From positions 244,156,001-244,220,000 of the forward strand of contig OZ024743.1 of the NCBI GenBank assembly GCA_964016885.1: a stretch of 64,000 nucleotides of DNA, written 5' to 3'. Origin of the DNA: Eledone cirrhosa. Lineage: Eukaryota. The notes beneath the pieces are model-generated. The model was not told where the DNA came from. It searched no databases and was given only the letters and a program-made list of their open reading frames with translations. Numbering within the stretch: the stretch's first letter is position 1; each line of letters opens with the position of its first letter. The position numbers were made by a program, and so were the translations under genes. Below, in pieces: positions 53,307-64,000 of the stretch.

Positions 53307-54374
53307 TGTGCCCCTTGCTCTCTGCTGGAATTTGAAACTAAATCAATTGTTGAAAATCATTTATAGGAAATGTCTTCTGGTTCAGTTATTACGCGCAAAC
53401 AAAGATTTCTTCAATTGTAGGTAGATGCTTAAATTCTTCTACTGAATCATCATCATCATCTTAGCGTGTACGGATCGCCATGATTCTCTCACTCTTTCCT
53501 TTCGTATGCATCCAGCGGTTATTTAGATAATATACATACCTTCTGATACAAGGCTTGAAAATCGGTTGAAGATATTTATCATTCTCCCGAGAGCCACTCT
53601 GCCAGGTTTACGGGGAATCCATGTATGTGCACTGTGGCAATGGTGATCTACGGCAGATGAATTCAAGTCAGAATCAACAGCATACCTCATCTGATGCGGA
53701 GCAGAAGAACGTTCTTGGCCAACGGACAGGATCACGAAATTCAGTCAGTAAACTACTGAAACTCATCTACATGTTGAGAATTTAACCATCGGAAGATTAA
53801 CATGACTCAAGCTCTATTGAATATGATAATTGCATAAAAAGTAAACCAGAAATTTAGTAAACGTAGTTTGCTGACTTAACTTTGTGATCCTGTCCGTTGG
53901 TCAAGGAGGTTCTTCCCTTCTGTATCATATGAGACACGCCGTTGATTCTGATTTAAATTCATCTGCTGTAGTTCACCATCCATCAGGCTGTAAACACATG
54001 GCTTCACCGTAATCCTGGCAAGGTGGCTCTCGAGTATTTTCCTGCATCCACATACGCATTCATGTTTGATACAATCTTTATGCATATTTATGAAAGTCAT
54101 GTGATGATAAAGGTACCACGTGATTCCCGATGAACAGGATTTGAAAACATAATTAGGATACTTGCAAAATGCTTCGTTCGTGTGTGAAGAATAATATACC
54201 CATGGTGAATATTTGGTTTAAACACACGATATCATTACCACTAGAATATGTACTTTAACTACAGTCAACTGTTATAACTGGCTCGGGGCTGATGCTTCGT
54301 TGTTATTCAGGTTCGTTTTCTCGGTATTTGAAACTTTTCATTTACCCAATGTTCTCTTTATCTTTTATACATAT

Positions 54375-54431
<57 letters not shown>

Positions 54432-54465
54432 TCCTCTCTCTCTCTCTCCCCCACACACACACACA

Positions 54466-54503
<38 letters not shown>

Positions 54504-54653
54504 ACCTCAAGGGCGGTGCCCCAGCATGGCCCCAGTCGGATGGCTGGAACAGGTAAAAGAGTAAAAGATATATATATATAGGTATTCCATTTAAAAATGT
54601 TTTTCGTTTTGCCTTGTTTTCGTTCGTTGTATTGTCCTCTGTTGATTTTCCTA

Positions 54654-54689
<36 letters not shown>

Positions 54690-54696
54690 ATAGAAG

Positions 54697-54749
54697 GAGC
54701 TTCTACAGGACTAGTACTGTTTCATTCAGATGAAATCTTCAGGAAGCTC
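54697..54749 (-). ncRNA. Type I hammerhead ribozyme
   Basis: gagcttc-CTGAAGA-tttc(atct)gaat-GAAACAG(tactagtc)CTGTA-gaagctc; 7-bp perfect stem I; element lies between (TA)n tracts. Confidence 0.8.
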
Positions 54750-56386
54750 TGCCATGTATTGAGTACCTTACTTACTGTGGTTATCCCCGACTCAACCCGG
54801 GACCTACGTATATATATATATATATGAGAACATATCCAGATTATCCGCCAACACTGCTGTGCAGAATCTTAACAGTATAACTATAGCAACTGGATCTAAA
54901 TCACGATATCATAACTTTAGTTTCATAACAACTTGATCTAAACTCTCAGTATCTTAATATTAGTACAATGTAATACAATATAACATCATAGCAATGTAAA
55001 AATAACAGCTGAAGAAAATTATCATACCGTGGACACTAGTGTCATTGTAATGCAGTGTAATGTAAAAATAGCCACTTAATTTAAACTCACGGACTCACAG
55101 TACAATGAAAATACTTTCTTAGTATAAAATCACAACGCCGTGAAACAAAATCTTGGTAGAACAGCAAAGAAAGCATCAATATTTTAAAACCAATACTATA
55201 ATATTTTTAACGTTATAATATAAGGCCAGCAATTTTATCGACCTCGTAAGTATGAAAGACAAAGCTAAGCTCGGGGGAATTTGAGCTCATATCGTAAAGG
55301 GGCGTAACTCTATGCTGCAAAGCATGGTATCCGACGCTCTACCGATATTGCCAATCCCTTGTAGTATAGCTTCCAGCAAAAAGACAGTAGATTGGCAGAA
55401 TCGTTAGAGTGTCGGGTAAAATGTTTTGCGGTATTAGTTGAGGCTTTTTATGTTTTGAGTTCAAATCCCATCAAGGTCAACTTTGTCTTTCCTCATTCCA
55501 TGTAGATAAAGAAAAGTACTGAAACTCAATATAATAGACTTTTCCCTTGAGGTGCAATAACAATACATATAATACAACACAGTAAAATGTCTTTAGATCT
55601 GTTATAAGATTTAAAAAATCAATTTTTGCAAACACCTTCTGTTATTAACATCAACTATTTTTTAGATACTATATTTTTTAACATTGATACCAGACCACAA
55701 ATTTAAAGGGAAGAGTATCACCTATTCAATTGCATCGACCCCAGGCCTTTTTTCTTACCGTTTAGTCAGGAAGGGAAAGATGATGCCATTTCAGACTCTT
55801 CGAGAAGTGAGAAAAGAAAAGAAGACGATTTAAACTGCAAAATTTGGTTCAGATGCATGCAACAGAATGGACTCTGTTAAAGACAACGAAGTATCAGGTA
55901 GATGTGTTAAGCTCAGTGATGGATGAAGTATACCACTCAAGTAGGCCACAGCAGGATTCGAACTCAGAACCCAAAGAACCGGAACAAATACCACAAAGCA
56001 TCCGCCTTACGCTCTAACAATTCCGCTAATCCACCGCCCTAGACAAGCATTTTATAGACCACAAAAGGATGGCAGGCAAAGTTGACCTCGGAAGAATTTG
56101 AATTCAGAGTGAAGAGAACCAGAAAAAATAAGGGTACGCTTTAACGACTTTGTTAACAAGACAGGTATTTTATCGATTCCGGAGAGATGAAAGGCAAATT
56201 TGACTTCGGCGTAATTTGAACGTAAAGGTCCGTAATTAAACATAGAACAAGATGTTCTGCTGATTCTGCCAATCTCTGTTCAGGGCATTTACTTCATTTT
56301 GATTTTGGAAGTTGTCGGTGTTTGCATCTTATCGGTCGATATAAAGTCATTAGTTAGGACCCCCAAAACAAAAAAATCTGTATTAC

Positions 56387-56596
56387 TTAACTTTTATTAC
56401 CATATTTCGAACCAAGTATTTGGAGGGGTTTAGTAATATTTTGTCATTATTAAGCTGGTGTTAACGCATTACTTAACGGTACTTACATAAAATAATGATG
56501 GAATGTTTTTAGATGAATATGAATACTTTAAAGCAAACATTCTTTAAACCATAAGACTAGTGACGATTTCGGGTGACTTGATATGAAAAGGGTTAA
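56387..56596. mobile_element. Possible TTAA-bounded MITE
   Basis: TTAACTTTT... and ...AAAAGGGTTAA termini; left end is degenerate. Confidence 0.35.
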
Positions 56597-57269
56597 GTCC
56601 TGCAACGGCTTTACAATGACATATTTCTTTAATTCAACTACATTAAAGTACATCACTATAATAAATAGAAAATAGTTACGTAAGTGTGTGCGAAGTGATG
56701 TTGAGTAATTGTTGTATTGGTGTTGGTGGTGAGTATAACGTATTTTAACATTCCTTCTCTCTATTTCAACTGTCCATCGCGAATGATTCACATTCACCAT
56801 GAAACATTTACAAAAAAGGTAAAATAGATCTAGAGTTTTTTTTTTTTGTTTGCTTTTTATCTTATTTATTTTGTTGTTTTATTTTAGCTTAGAATCCCAA
56901 AATATTTTCTCCGTCAACACGCTAGAATATTTTAGTAAGCTGTGCCAATTCTGTTTCCAACGGGAATGGAAAAATCTCTAAAACAAATGCCAGAACAATC
57001 AAGCTTTCTTTAACATGAAGGGAAAAACTAAAGCTGAAACAGTCAAGTTTTCATTTCCATTCTAGATAAGCAATAATATTAGAGGAACATTACTTCATCA
57101 TCTCAGCACTTACTGAAAAACACGACCACAACAACAGCATCAACACAAACAATCCATCAACAACACATCAACAAAAAAAAAACATCATCATCAACAACAA
57201 AATGTCATCATCATCAGCATCATCATCAACAACAAAAGCAATAATAGCTACAACGAAAAGACCAACATG

Positions 57270-57765
57270 AAAAGAGTAAGAGTGAGAACAAGAAAGAAAG
57301 TAAGAAAGAAAGAAGGAAATAAAGAAAGAATAAAAGAAAGAAAGAAACAATAAAAAGAAAGAAAGCAAGGAAGGAATCAAGACGGAATAAAAAAGAAACA
57401 AAGAAAAAGAGTAGAGAGTAAGAAAGAAAAAAAGAAAAAACGAATAAGATAAGAAAGTGGATAAGAATAAAAGAACGAAAAAATGAAGGAAATATGAACG
57501 AAAAATAGAAAGAAAGAAGGAAATACAGAAAAAAGAAAGAAAGAATGAAGGATGGAGAGAGAGGGGAGAGAGGGAGGTAGAGGTGGAGCGAGGGGGAGAG
57601 AGGGAGGTAGAGGTGGAGCGAGGGGGACAGAAAGAGATAGAGAGAGAGGGTGAATGAAAGAGAGAGAGAGAGCGAGAGTGACAGAAAGTGAGAGAGAAAG
57701 AGAGGGTGACAGAAAAAGAGAGAGAGAGAGGGGTGACAAAGAGAGAGAGAGAGAGAGGGGGGTAA

Positions 57766-57821
<56 letters not shown>

Positions 57822-58740
57822 GAGGGACAGAAAGAGAAAGAAAGAGGGTGGCAGAAAGAAGGAGACAGTGAGGGTGACAGAAAGAGAGAGAGAGGGTGAC
57901 AAAAAGAGAGAGAAAGAGAACAAGGGTGACAGAAAGACAGAGAGGGAGAGGGTGACAGAAAGAGAGAGAGAGCGAGGGTGACAGAAAGAGAGAGGGAGAG
58001 AGGGTGACAGAAAGAGAGCGAGAGAGAGAGAGAGACAATGAAAGAAAGCAAGCAGAAAAGAAAAAATAAGGAAGAAAACTAGACAGACATAAGGAAGATA
58101 GTGAAGGAAAGCATAACAAGAAAAGACGGAAAGGAAGAGAGAAAGAGCGAAAGAAAGAAGGAAAGAAGGAAAGAAAGGAAGGAGAAAACAGGAAAAAAGA
58201 AAGAAGACAAGAAAGAAGGAAAAGGGAGGAGAAAGAAGGAAAGAAAATAAGGAGAAAGGAGGAAAGAAAGAAAGAAGAGGTGAAGGGAGTAACAGAAAGA
58301 AAGAAGACAGTGCAGATGAGGGTGTGGGGCGAGATAACAGAAAGAAATAGAGACATGAAGAAAAAAAGAAAAAAGGAAGTAAATTAAAGAAAAATGTAAG
58401 ACTGAAATTATAAAAGATGATAAGAAAGACAGTAAAAAAAAAGAAATATAAAAGAAATAAAGAACGAAAATAAACGAAAAACAGAAAGAAAGAAGAAAGA
58501 AAGAAAGAAAGAAATATGAAAGAAAATACGAAAGAGAGAAAGAAGGAAAGAAAAAAGTAAGAAAGAGAGAAAGAGAGAAAGTAAGAAAGAAAGTGATAAA
58601 GAGAAAAAGAATGAAAAAAGAAAGACGGAAACTAAGGAAGTTAGAAAGAAAGAATAAGAGTATGAAAGAAGGAAAGTAAGAAGGAAAGACAGAAAGAATA
58701 GAAGAAAGAAAGGAAAAAAAAGAGAAAGAAGCCATTGAAG
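57270..58740 (+). repeat. Polypurine low-complexity tract (GAAA/GA) with a recurring GAGGGTGACAGAAA motif
   Basis: Direct reading. Confidence 0.9.
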
Positions 58741-59084
58741 AAGAACCTAACGGTTTCCATAGATTCCCTAAATAAATTATACTGATGAAAGGACATTTAC
58801 TGTTTACATAGGTTTACCTGGAAGTAAAGGTGTCTATAAGTGTGTGTGTGTATAAGTGTGCTTGTGTGTGTATAAGTGGGTTTGAGTGTGTATAAATGTG
58901 TGTGTATATGTGTGCTTGTGTGTGTGTTTGTGTATAAGTGGGTTTGAGTGTGTATAAGTGTGTGTGAGTATGTATAAGTGTGTGTGTATGTGTATAAGTG
59001 TGTGCGTGTGTATATATGTGTGTGTGTATAACTGTGTGTGTGTATAAGTATGTGTGTGTGTGTATATATAAGTGTGTTTGTGAA

Positions 59085-59460
59085 GGAGACTTAGTGGTTA
59101 TATTGTCTGGTTCACGGCTGCAAGATGATATAAGTTCGATTCCAGACAGCAAAACACTCTATTTCACGTTGTCCCAGTCCACTCTATTATCAAAAAAGGA
59201 GGTGTACCACCGATTCATAGAGTCAACCTTGTCACACACCGTGTCACGCTGTATCTCCCTGAGAATTACGTTAAGGGACCATGTGTCTGTGAAATGCTCA
59301 GCCACTTACACGTCAATTTCACAAGCAGGCTGTTCCGTTGTTCGGAGGTTCAACACACAAGTACTTGTGTGAATGTGTATGACTTAGTGGTTCGGGATCG
59401 TAAGTGGATGAGTTCAATTTCCAGTGTTCTGGCTTTTTGAGCAAGACACTTTATTTTTAC
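59085..59460 (+). mobile_element. SINE family B (other copies at ~26540-26760, 27250-27420(-), 27740-28080)
   Basis: A-box-like TTAGTGGTT and B-box-like GTTCGATTCC; shared CCCTGAGAA.TACG.TAAGG...CTCAGCCACTT..ACGT.AATTTC core. Confidence 0.6.
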
Positions 59461-59474
59461 CTTACTAACAAAAA

Positions 59475-60174
59475 ACGGAGGCCCTGGCAGAGATCCTGCC
59501 AAAAGAACCTGTCCAAGATGCGAGCAGGACATCGAAACCGTTCTGCATGCAATTGTTCAGTGCCCAGCGGTGACCGACCCGTGGAATTATGTCGAACAGC
59601 TACTATCCCGTGTGGGACGCATCCAGTTGCCAGTCGAGTCCATCGTGAGGATCACCCCGCCGCCTTCATTTAAGAATGAAAGAGAGGCAATTTTCCTCTG
59701 TCTGGTGGCTATGGCGAAAGAGGTAATATGGTGGACGAGGTTAAAAAGACTGAGGGCAAACACCTTTCTCTCTGGAAAACAACTCATCCCCTTCTTTAAG
59801 TACCACTTCAGAAGGAAGGTGAGAGTGGCGAGAGAGGTGCTACATCCCAGTAAAATCGCTGAAAGGTGGGTGAAAGTGGCGAAAATGGCCCGAGTGAATG
59901 AGCCTTCACTGTATATAAATCTGTAGGTTGAGGAAGATAAACAGAGAGAATACGGGAACACCTACAAAATGTGTTCCTGGTGTTGAGGGTTGTTCTATCG
60001 ACGGGGTGTAAAACAACCCCGCAGTAGCGTTACCCGACTAATGGGGATTGCAATTGTTTTATTTTTATATAGCTTATTGTTATTTATCATTGTTAAAGAT
60101 TTTATGTAAAATCCCCGCCGTCACGTCTTGTAATGCCCCATTTTTGTGCGCCCTTGTGGCAAATAAAGAAAGAT
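59475..60174 (+). mobile_element. Tx1-clade LINE copy 4 (3'-terminal ~0.7 kb), same subfamily as copy 2
   Basis: Near-identical peptide and 3' UTR to the reverse complement of 22972-23680; ends AATAAAGAAAGA|TATCTATCTATCT. Confidence 0.92.
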
Positions 60175-61199
60175 ATCTATCTATCTATTTACCTACCTAC
60201 CTCTCTATCTGTCTGCCCGTCTATCTATCTGTCTGATTGTCAATCTATAGCTATCTATTTATGTATATTTACCAAGAGCAAAAACAATACCAATTCACAA
60301 CTCCCTATAGCAGTCTGAAGATAGACATATAGCCTGACAGATAGCTAGTCAGATATATATTATAGGACTTTGAAATTTAACTTATTTGCCTTAAGTTGAC
60401 AGAAGCTTAACGTATTTAAAATAGACCCTTTAATTTTTTTAAAGGGGTTGGTTTAGAAAGCATATGGTCTGAATTTATTTTAATTTATTTTTAATTTTAT
60501 CCATTTGCTTGTGATCTAAGTAAATTTGGTATATTTGTAGTAACGCACCCGCTGGGGATCGCGAAGAAAAACATTTTTCCTAGATTTCTTTTCGTGTGTT
60601 TTCAACTAATCTCACCTCCAATATTCTCACAATCAGCATTTGCCCACAGAAACGGAATAGGGTAAGAGGAGAACCTACAAACTATGTGTGCAAATACGTC
60701 AACAATGGTTTCGATGCTGCCATGCTTGCGTTACAAATATGAAATATGTCCGACGAGGTGTCATACTTCCAACACGGCCAATATATCAGCAGTAGAGAGA
60801 GGAGGGGTCGATGGGTTGACTTTCGGATTTTCCCAGCCTCGGATATTTCTTCTGTCGGAATTTATTTCTTTTCTAGGTTTTTTCGTTTGTGTTCTACCGA
60901 TCTGACAACCGACGCACTCGCCAACGACTCAATTTTGACCATCACACAGTGAATGCCATAAAACAAATCTCTTACAAATGATCCTTGGAGGTAGCTAGAC
61001 CTATAAATCTATAGACAAAGTTGTTGTCTAGGACAAAACTGTTCATTGTCCCGTTGAATTTCTCAACAGTCTGGAACTATGCTGCCATACAACCTTAAAT
61101 TAAAGAAGGGCACAGTCAGCATACTTCTCAGAAATCTCAATCAGCCATGATTGTGCAATGGGATGCATATGGTTGTGACTGAGTTACAGCCTCACATTA

Positions 61200-62978
61200 C
61201 ACCGTGTAACAACAAATTTTTTTTCTCTGTTCCTGGCTTGTAATCACTTTTTTTTGTTGCTTAGGTCCTAAATAAATAAAAAAAAAGTGCTATTAAACAG
61301 TTAAAAGTTTGGGTTTGTAAAAATTCTAAGCTATTCACTAGAATTATTTGTATGCTGGATTTTACGTTGTATGCTTATGTTAAATGATTTTTTTATATGT
61401 TTCAAGTTAAATTAAAATTATAAAATAAAGAGTAATACCTAAAGAAAATTATAAAAGTGCAATAAAATATAAAATTGTTAAAAAGTCGATTAAAGAGATT
61501 TATTGATACTGGGGTACCAGACAAAGTTCCTCACTTCCCAAACCAAAAAGAAGTCAATGACTTGGTCAGGGATATGGGTCTGACAAAGTTCAATGCAGAG
61601 CTACTCGTCTCCAGGATGAAGCAGTGGAACTTGGTCAAGGAGGAAGTGCAGGTGACAAGTCAGAGAAGTCGACACAAACCTTTCTCAGGCTTTTACACTC
61701 TTAGGGATGGCCTCTGCTTCTGTCATGACGTGCCTGGACTGTTTGACGTTATTGGGGTGCCGTTTGTGCCCAAGGAGTGGCGGCTATTTATAGACAGCTC
61801 CACCACAAGTTTGAAGGCTGTCCTCCTCCAAAATCGAAACAAGTTTCCGACACTGCCCCTAGCTCATTCAGTCTGCCTGAAGGAAGATTACTACAGTGTG
61901 AAAGTCCTCTTGAAAGCTCTGCAATACAACCAGTACAATTGGGAAATCATTGGAGACTTCAAGATGGTGGATTTCCTGCTTGGACTCCAAGGACGCTTTA
62001 TCAAATTCCAATGCTTCCTCTGCCTTTGGGACAGCAGAGCCACCTCTGACCACTACAAAAGAAAGAACTGGGAGCAGCGAACAGAATTTGTAGTTGGGAC
62101 CTGGAACGTCATGTGGGAGCCACTGGTTGATCCCAGGATTGTGCTCATGCCGCCACTGCACATTAAGTTGGGGTTGATGAAGCAGTTTATGAAGGCTCTC
62201 AACCAAGAATCAGCCGCTTTTAAGTACCTTCTTGAGTTCTTCCCCAAGTTATCTGAGACCAAAATCAAAGGTGGAATTTTTGTTGGACCTCAGATAAAGA
62301 AGGTGTTTGAGTCTACCGAGTTCTCTAATAAGCTAAATAGGATTGAGAGAACAGCATGGAACTGTTTCAAGGCAGTTGTTAAGGGTTTTCTGGGAAACTA
62401 CAGAGCTGAAAACTACAAGCAACTGGTGCAGGATCTGATAAAGGCTTTTGACGCCATGGGATGCAGGATGTCGCTTAAACTCCATATGCTGGACGCTCAC
62501 CTGGAAAAATTCAAGGACAATATGGGCGCCTACTCAGACGAACAAGACGAACGATTCCATCAAGATGTGAAAGAGATAGAGCGGAGGTACCAGGGCCACT
62601 ACAATGAAAAAATGATGGGGGACTATATCTGGGGCTAGTGCGGGAATACGACCTGGACTACAACCGCAAATCCAGGAAATCCAGTCATTTCTGACGTGTG
62701 TATAAGTTGCTTTATAAGTGTTATTTGTTTTTACTTGTTTGCTTTTGATAAGCTTGTGTAATAAAATAAATATATACTCTGTTTATTTAATTATATGAAC
62801 TGATAAATTTTAAAAAAATGTATCTTTTCTTGAAAAATATGAATATTTCGAAGTATCAAACTTCTGACCACAAACCCAAACTTCTGTTTAAATAATAGTG
62901 TTTTTTTAATAATAATGGGATATAACAAACCAGTAAATGACACTTAGAACGGGGGAACAAAAAATATGTTACACGGTG
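61200..62978 (+). mobile_element. Chapaev3-type (CMC) DNA transposon, 1779 bp, 3-bp TTA TSD
   Basis: TIRs CACCGTGTAACA / TGTTACACGGTG; TTA at 61197-61199 and 62979-62981. Confidence 0.85.
61475..62638 (+). CDS. Chapaev3-type transposase (core; N-terminal part apparently missing)
   Basis: WRLFIDSS..SLKAVLL, CFLCLWDSR, PPLHIKLGLMK, GIFVGPQI, MSLKLH.L..H, SDEQ.ERFHQD motifs within the TIRs. Confidence 0.8.
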   Translation: MLKSRLKRFIDTGVPDKVPHFPNQKEVNDLVRDMGLTKFNAELLVSRMKQWNLVKEEVQVTSQRSRHKPFSGFYTLRDGLCFCHDVPGLFDVIGVPFVPKEWRLFIDSSTTSLKAVLLQNRNKFPTLPLAHSVCLKEDYYSVKVLLKALQYNQYNWEIIGDFKMVDFLLGLQGRFIKFQCFLCLWDSRATSDHYKRKNWEQRTEFVVGTWNVMWEPLVDPRIVLMPPLHIKLGLMKQFMKALNQESAAFKYLLEFFPKLSETKIKGGIFVGPQIKKVFESTEFSNKLNRIERTAWNCFKAVVKGFLGNYRAENYKQLVQDLIKAFDAMGCRMSLKLHMLDAHLEKFKDNMGAYSDEQDERFHQDVKEIERRYQGHYNEKMMGDYIWG

Positions 62979-63116
62979 TTATCGAAGTCAAAATCCTCAC
63001 TCGGTGTGGTATGAGAGACATCATATTTATACCTAGAATTCCTCTAATATTAATAGATGTTCCTTTTCATTATAAACGATTTCAATTCCCAGTGGGAATT
63101 ACGCAATAAACATTAA

Positions 63117-64000
63117 CAAGTTCAAGGCCAAACACTGCAGGTTGTCCGTCACACTCTAGAAGAGGTCAAGGCCAAACACTGCAAGTTGTCCGTCGCTCTC
63201 TAGAAGTTCAAGGCTAAACACTGCAGGTTGTCCGTCGCTCTCTAGAAGTTCAAGGCCAAACACTGCAGGTTGTCCGTCGCTCTCTAGAAGTTCAAGGCCA
63301 AACACTGCAGGTTGTCCGTCGCTCTCTAGAGTAGGTCAAGGCCAAACACTGCAGGTTGTCCGTCGCTCTCTAGAAGTTCAAGGCCAAACACTGCAGGTTG
63401 TCCGTCACTCTCTAGAAGTTCAAGGCCAAACACTGCAGGTTGTCCGTCGGTCTCTAGAAGTTCAAGGCCAAACACTGCAGGTTGTCCGTCGCTCCCAAGA
63501 AGAGGTCAAGGCCAAACACTGCAGGTTGTCAGTCGCTCTCTAGAAGTTCAAGGCCAAACACTACAGGTTGTCCGTCGCTCTCTAGAAGTTCAAGGCCAAA
63601 CATTGCAGGTTGTCCGTCGCTCTCTACAAGAGGTCAAGGCTAAACACTGCAGATTTCCATCGTTCTCTAGAAGTTCAAGGCCAAACACTGCAGGTTGTCC
63701 GTCGCTCTCTAGAAGTTCAAGGCCAAACACTGCAGGTAGTCCGTCGCTCTCTAGAAGTTCAAGGCCAAACACGGCAGGTTGTCCGTCGCTCTCTAGAAGA
63801 GGTCAAGGCCAAACACTGCAGGTTGTCCGTCGCTCTCTAGAAGTTCAAGGCCAAACACTGCAGGTTGTCCGTCACTCTCTAGAAGTTCAAGGCCAAACAC
63901 TGTAGGTTGTCCGTCGCTCTCTAGAAGAGGTCAAGGTCAAACGCTGCAGGTTGTCTGTCCCTCTCTAGAAATTCAAGGCCAAACACTACAGTTTGTCCGT
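63117..64000 (+). repeat. Tandem satellite, 42-bp unit TAGAAGTTCAAGGCCAAACACTGCAGGTTGTCCGTCGCTCTC with interspersed 44-bp variants; runs off the window
   Basis: Unit starts at 63201, 63243 and 63285; variant units contain AGAAGAGGTCAAG; about 21 units. Confidence 0.95.

Larger units (their letters stand above)
60925..63095 (+). mobile_element. Degenerate Helitron PIF1-like helicase remnant, split by the Chapaev3 insertion
   Basis: Left flank reads YKSIDKV..PVEFLNSLE..PYNLKLKKG..ILLRNLNQP*LCNG..VVTELQPH; right flank continues IEVKILT....IFIPRIPLI..DVPFHYKRFQFPV. Confidence 0.8.

Noticed and set aside
51780-54100. Possible heavily decayed RTE fragments (51.8-52.4 kb and 53.45-54.1 kb)
   Set aside because: Only vague motif resemblance; cannot be supported without a profile search.
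58777-58839. ttata-CTGATGA...GAAG...GTC-tataa
   Set aside because: GAAA core and stem III are broken; possibly degenerate, not supportable.
63117-64000. CRISPR-like periodicity and short ORFs
   Set aside because: No unique spacers, no cas genes, eukaryotic context; plain satellite.

Overview
AT-rich, microsatellite-dense animal DNA. The SINE-like repeats resemble those of octopus genomes; this is from recollection, not a search. (1) 1.85-16.2 kb holds one very large exon-like block encoding an extremely acidic protein built on a 6-residue (S/P)LIEDS period. It has a 9.6-kb uninterrupted ORF behind an in-frame splice acceptor, then a disrupted tail ending in a pure 18-bp IEEPSL array. (2) 17.5-34.4 kb holds an RTE fragment and three co-oriented Tx1-clade LINEs, with a fourth 3' fragment at 59.5-60.2 kb. 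Every Tx1 3' end abuts a TATCTATC-type tract, suggesting a (GATA)n-targeting lineage. (3) 35.6-55 kb looks like microsatellite filler but contains a Penelope-like element and about ten hand-folded type I hammerhead ribozymes from several short non-coding element families sitting in (TA)n/(CA)n tracts. Several have greatly enlarged stem II domains, and one 111-bp palindrome pivots on a hammerhead stem II loop. (4) The window also contains mariner derivatives, an ACC-rich minisatellite, a 200-N gap, a Chapaev3-type transposon nested in a Helitron helicase remnant, and a 42/44-bp satellite running off the end. All folding and alignment was done by eye, and boundaries marked approximate are estimates.
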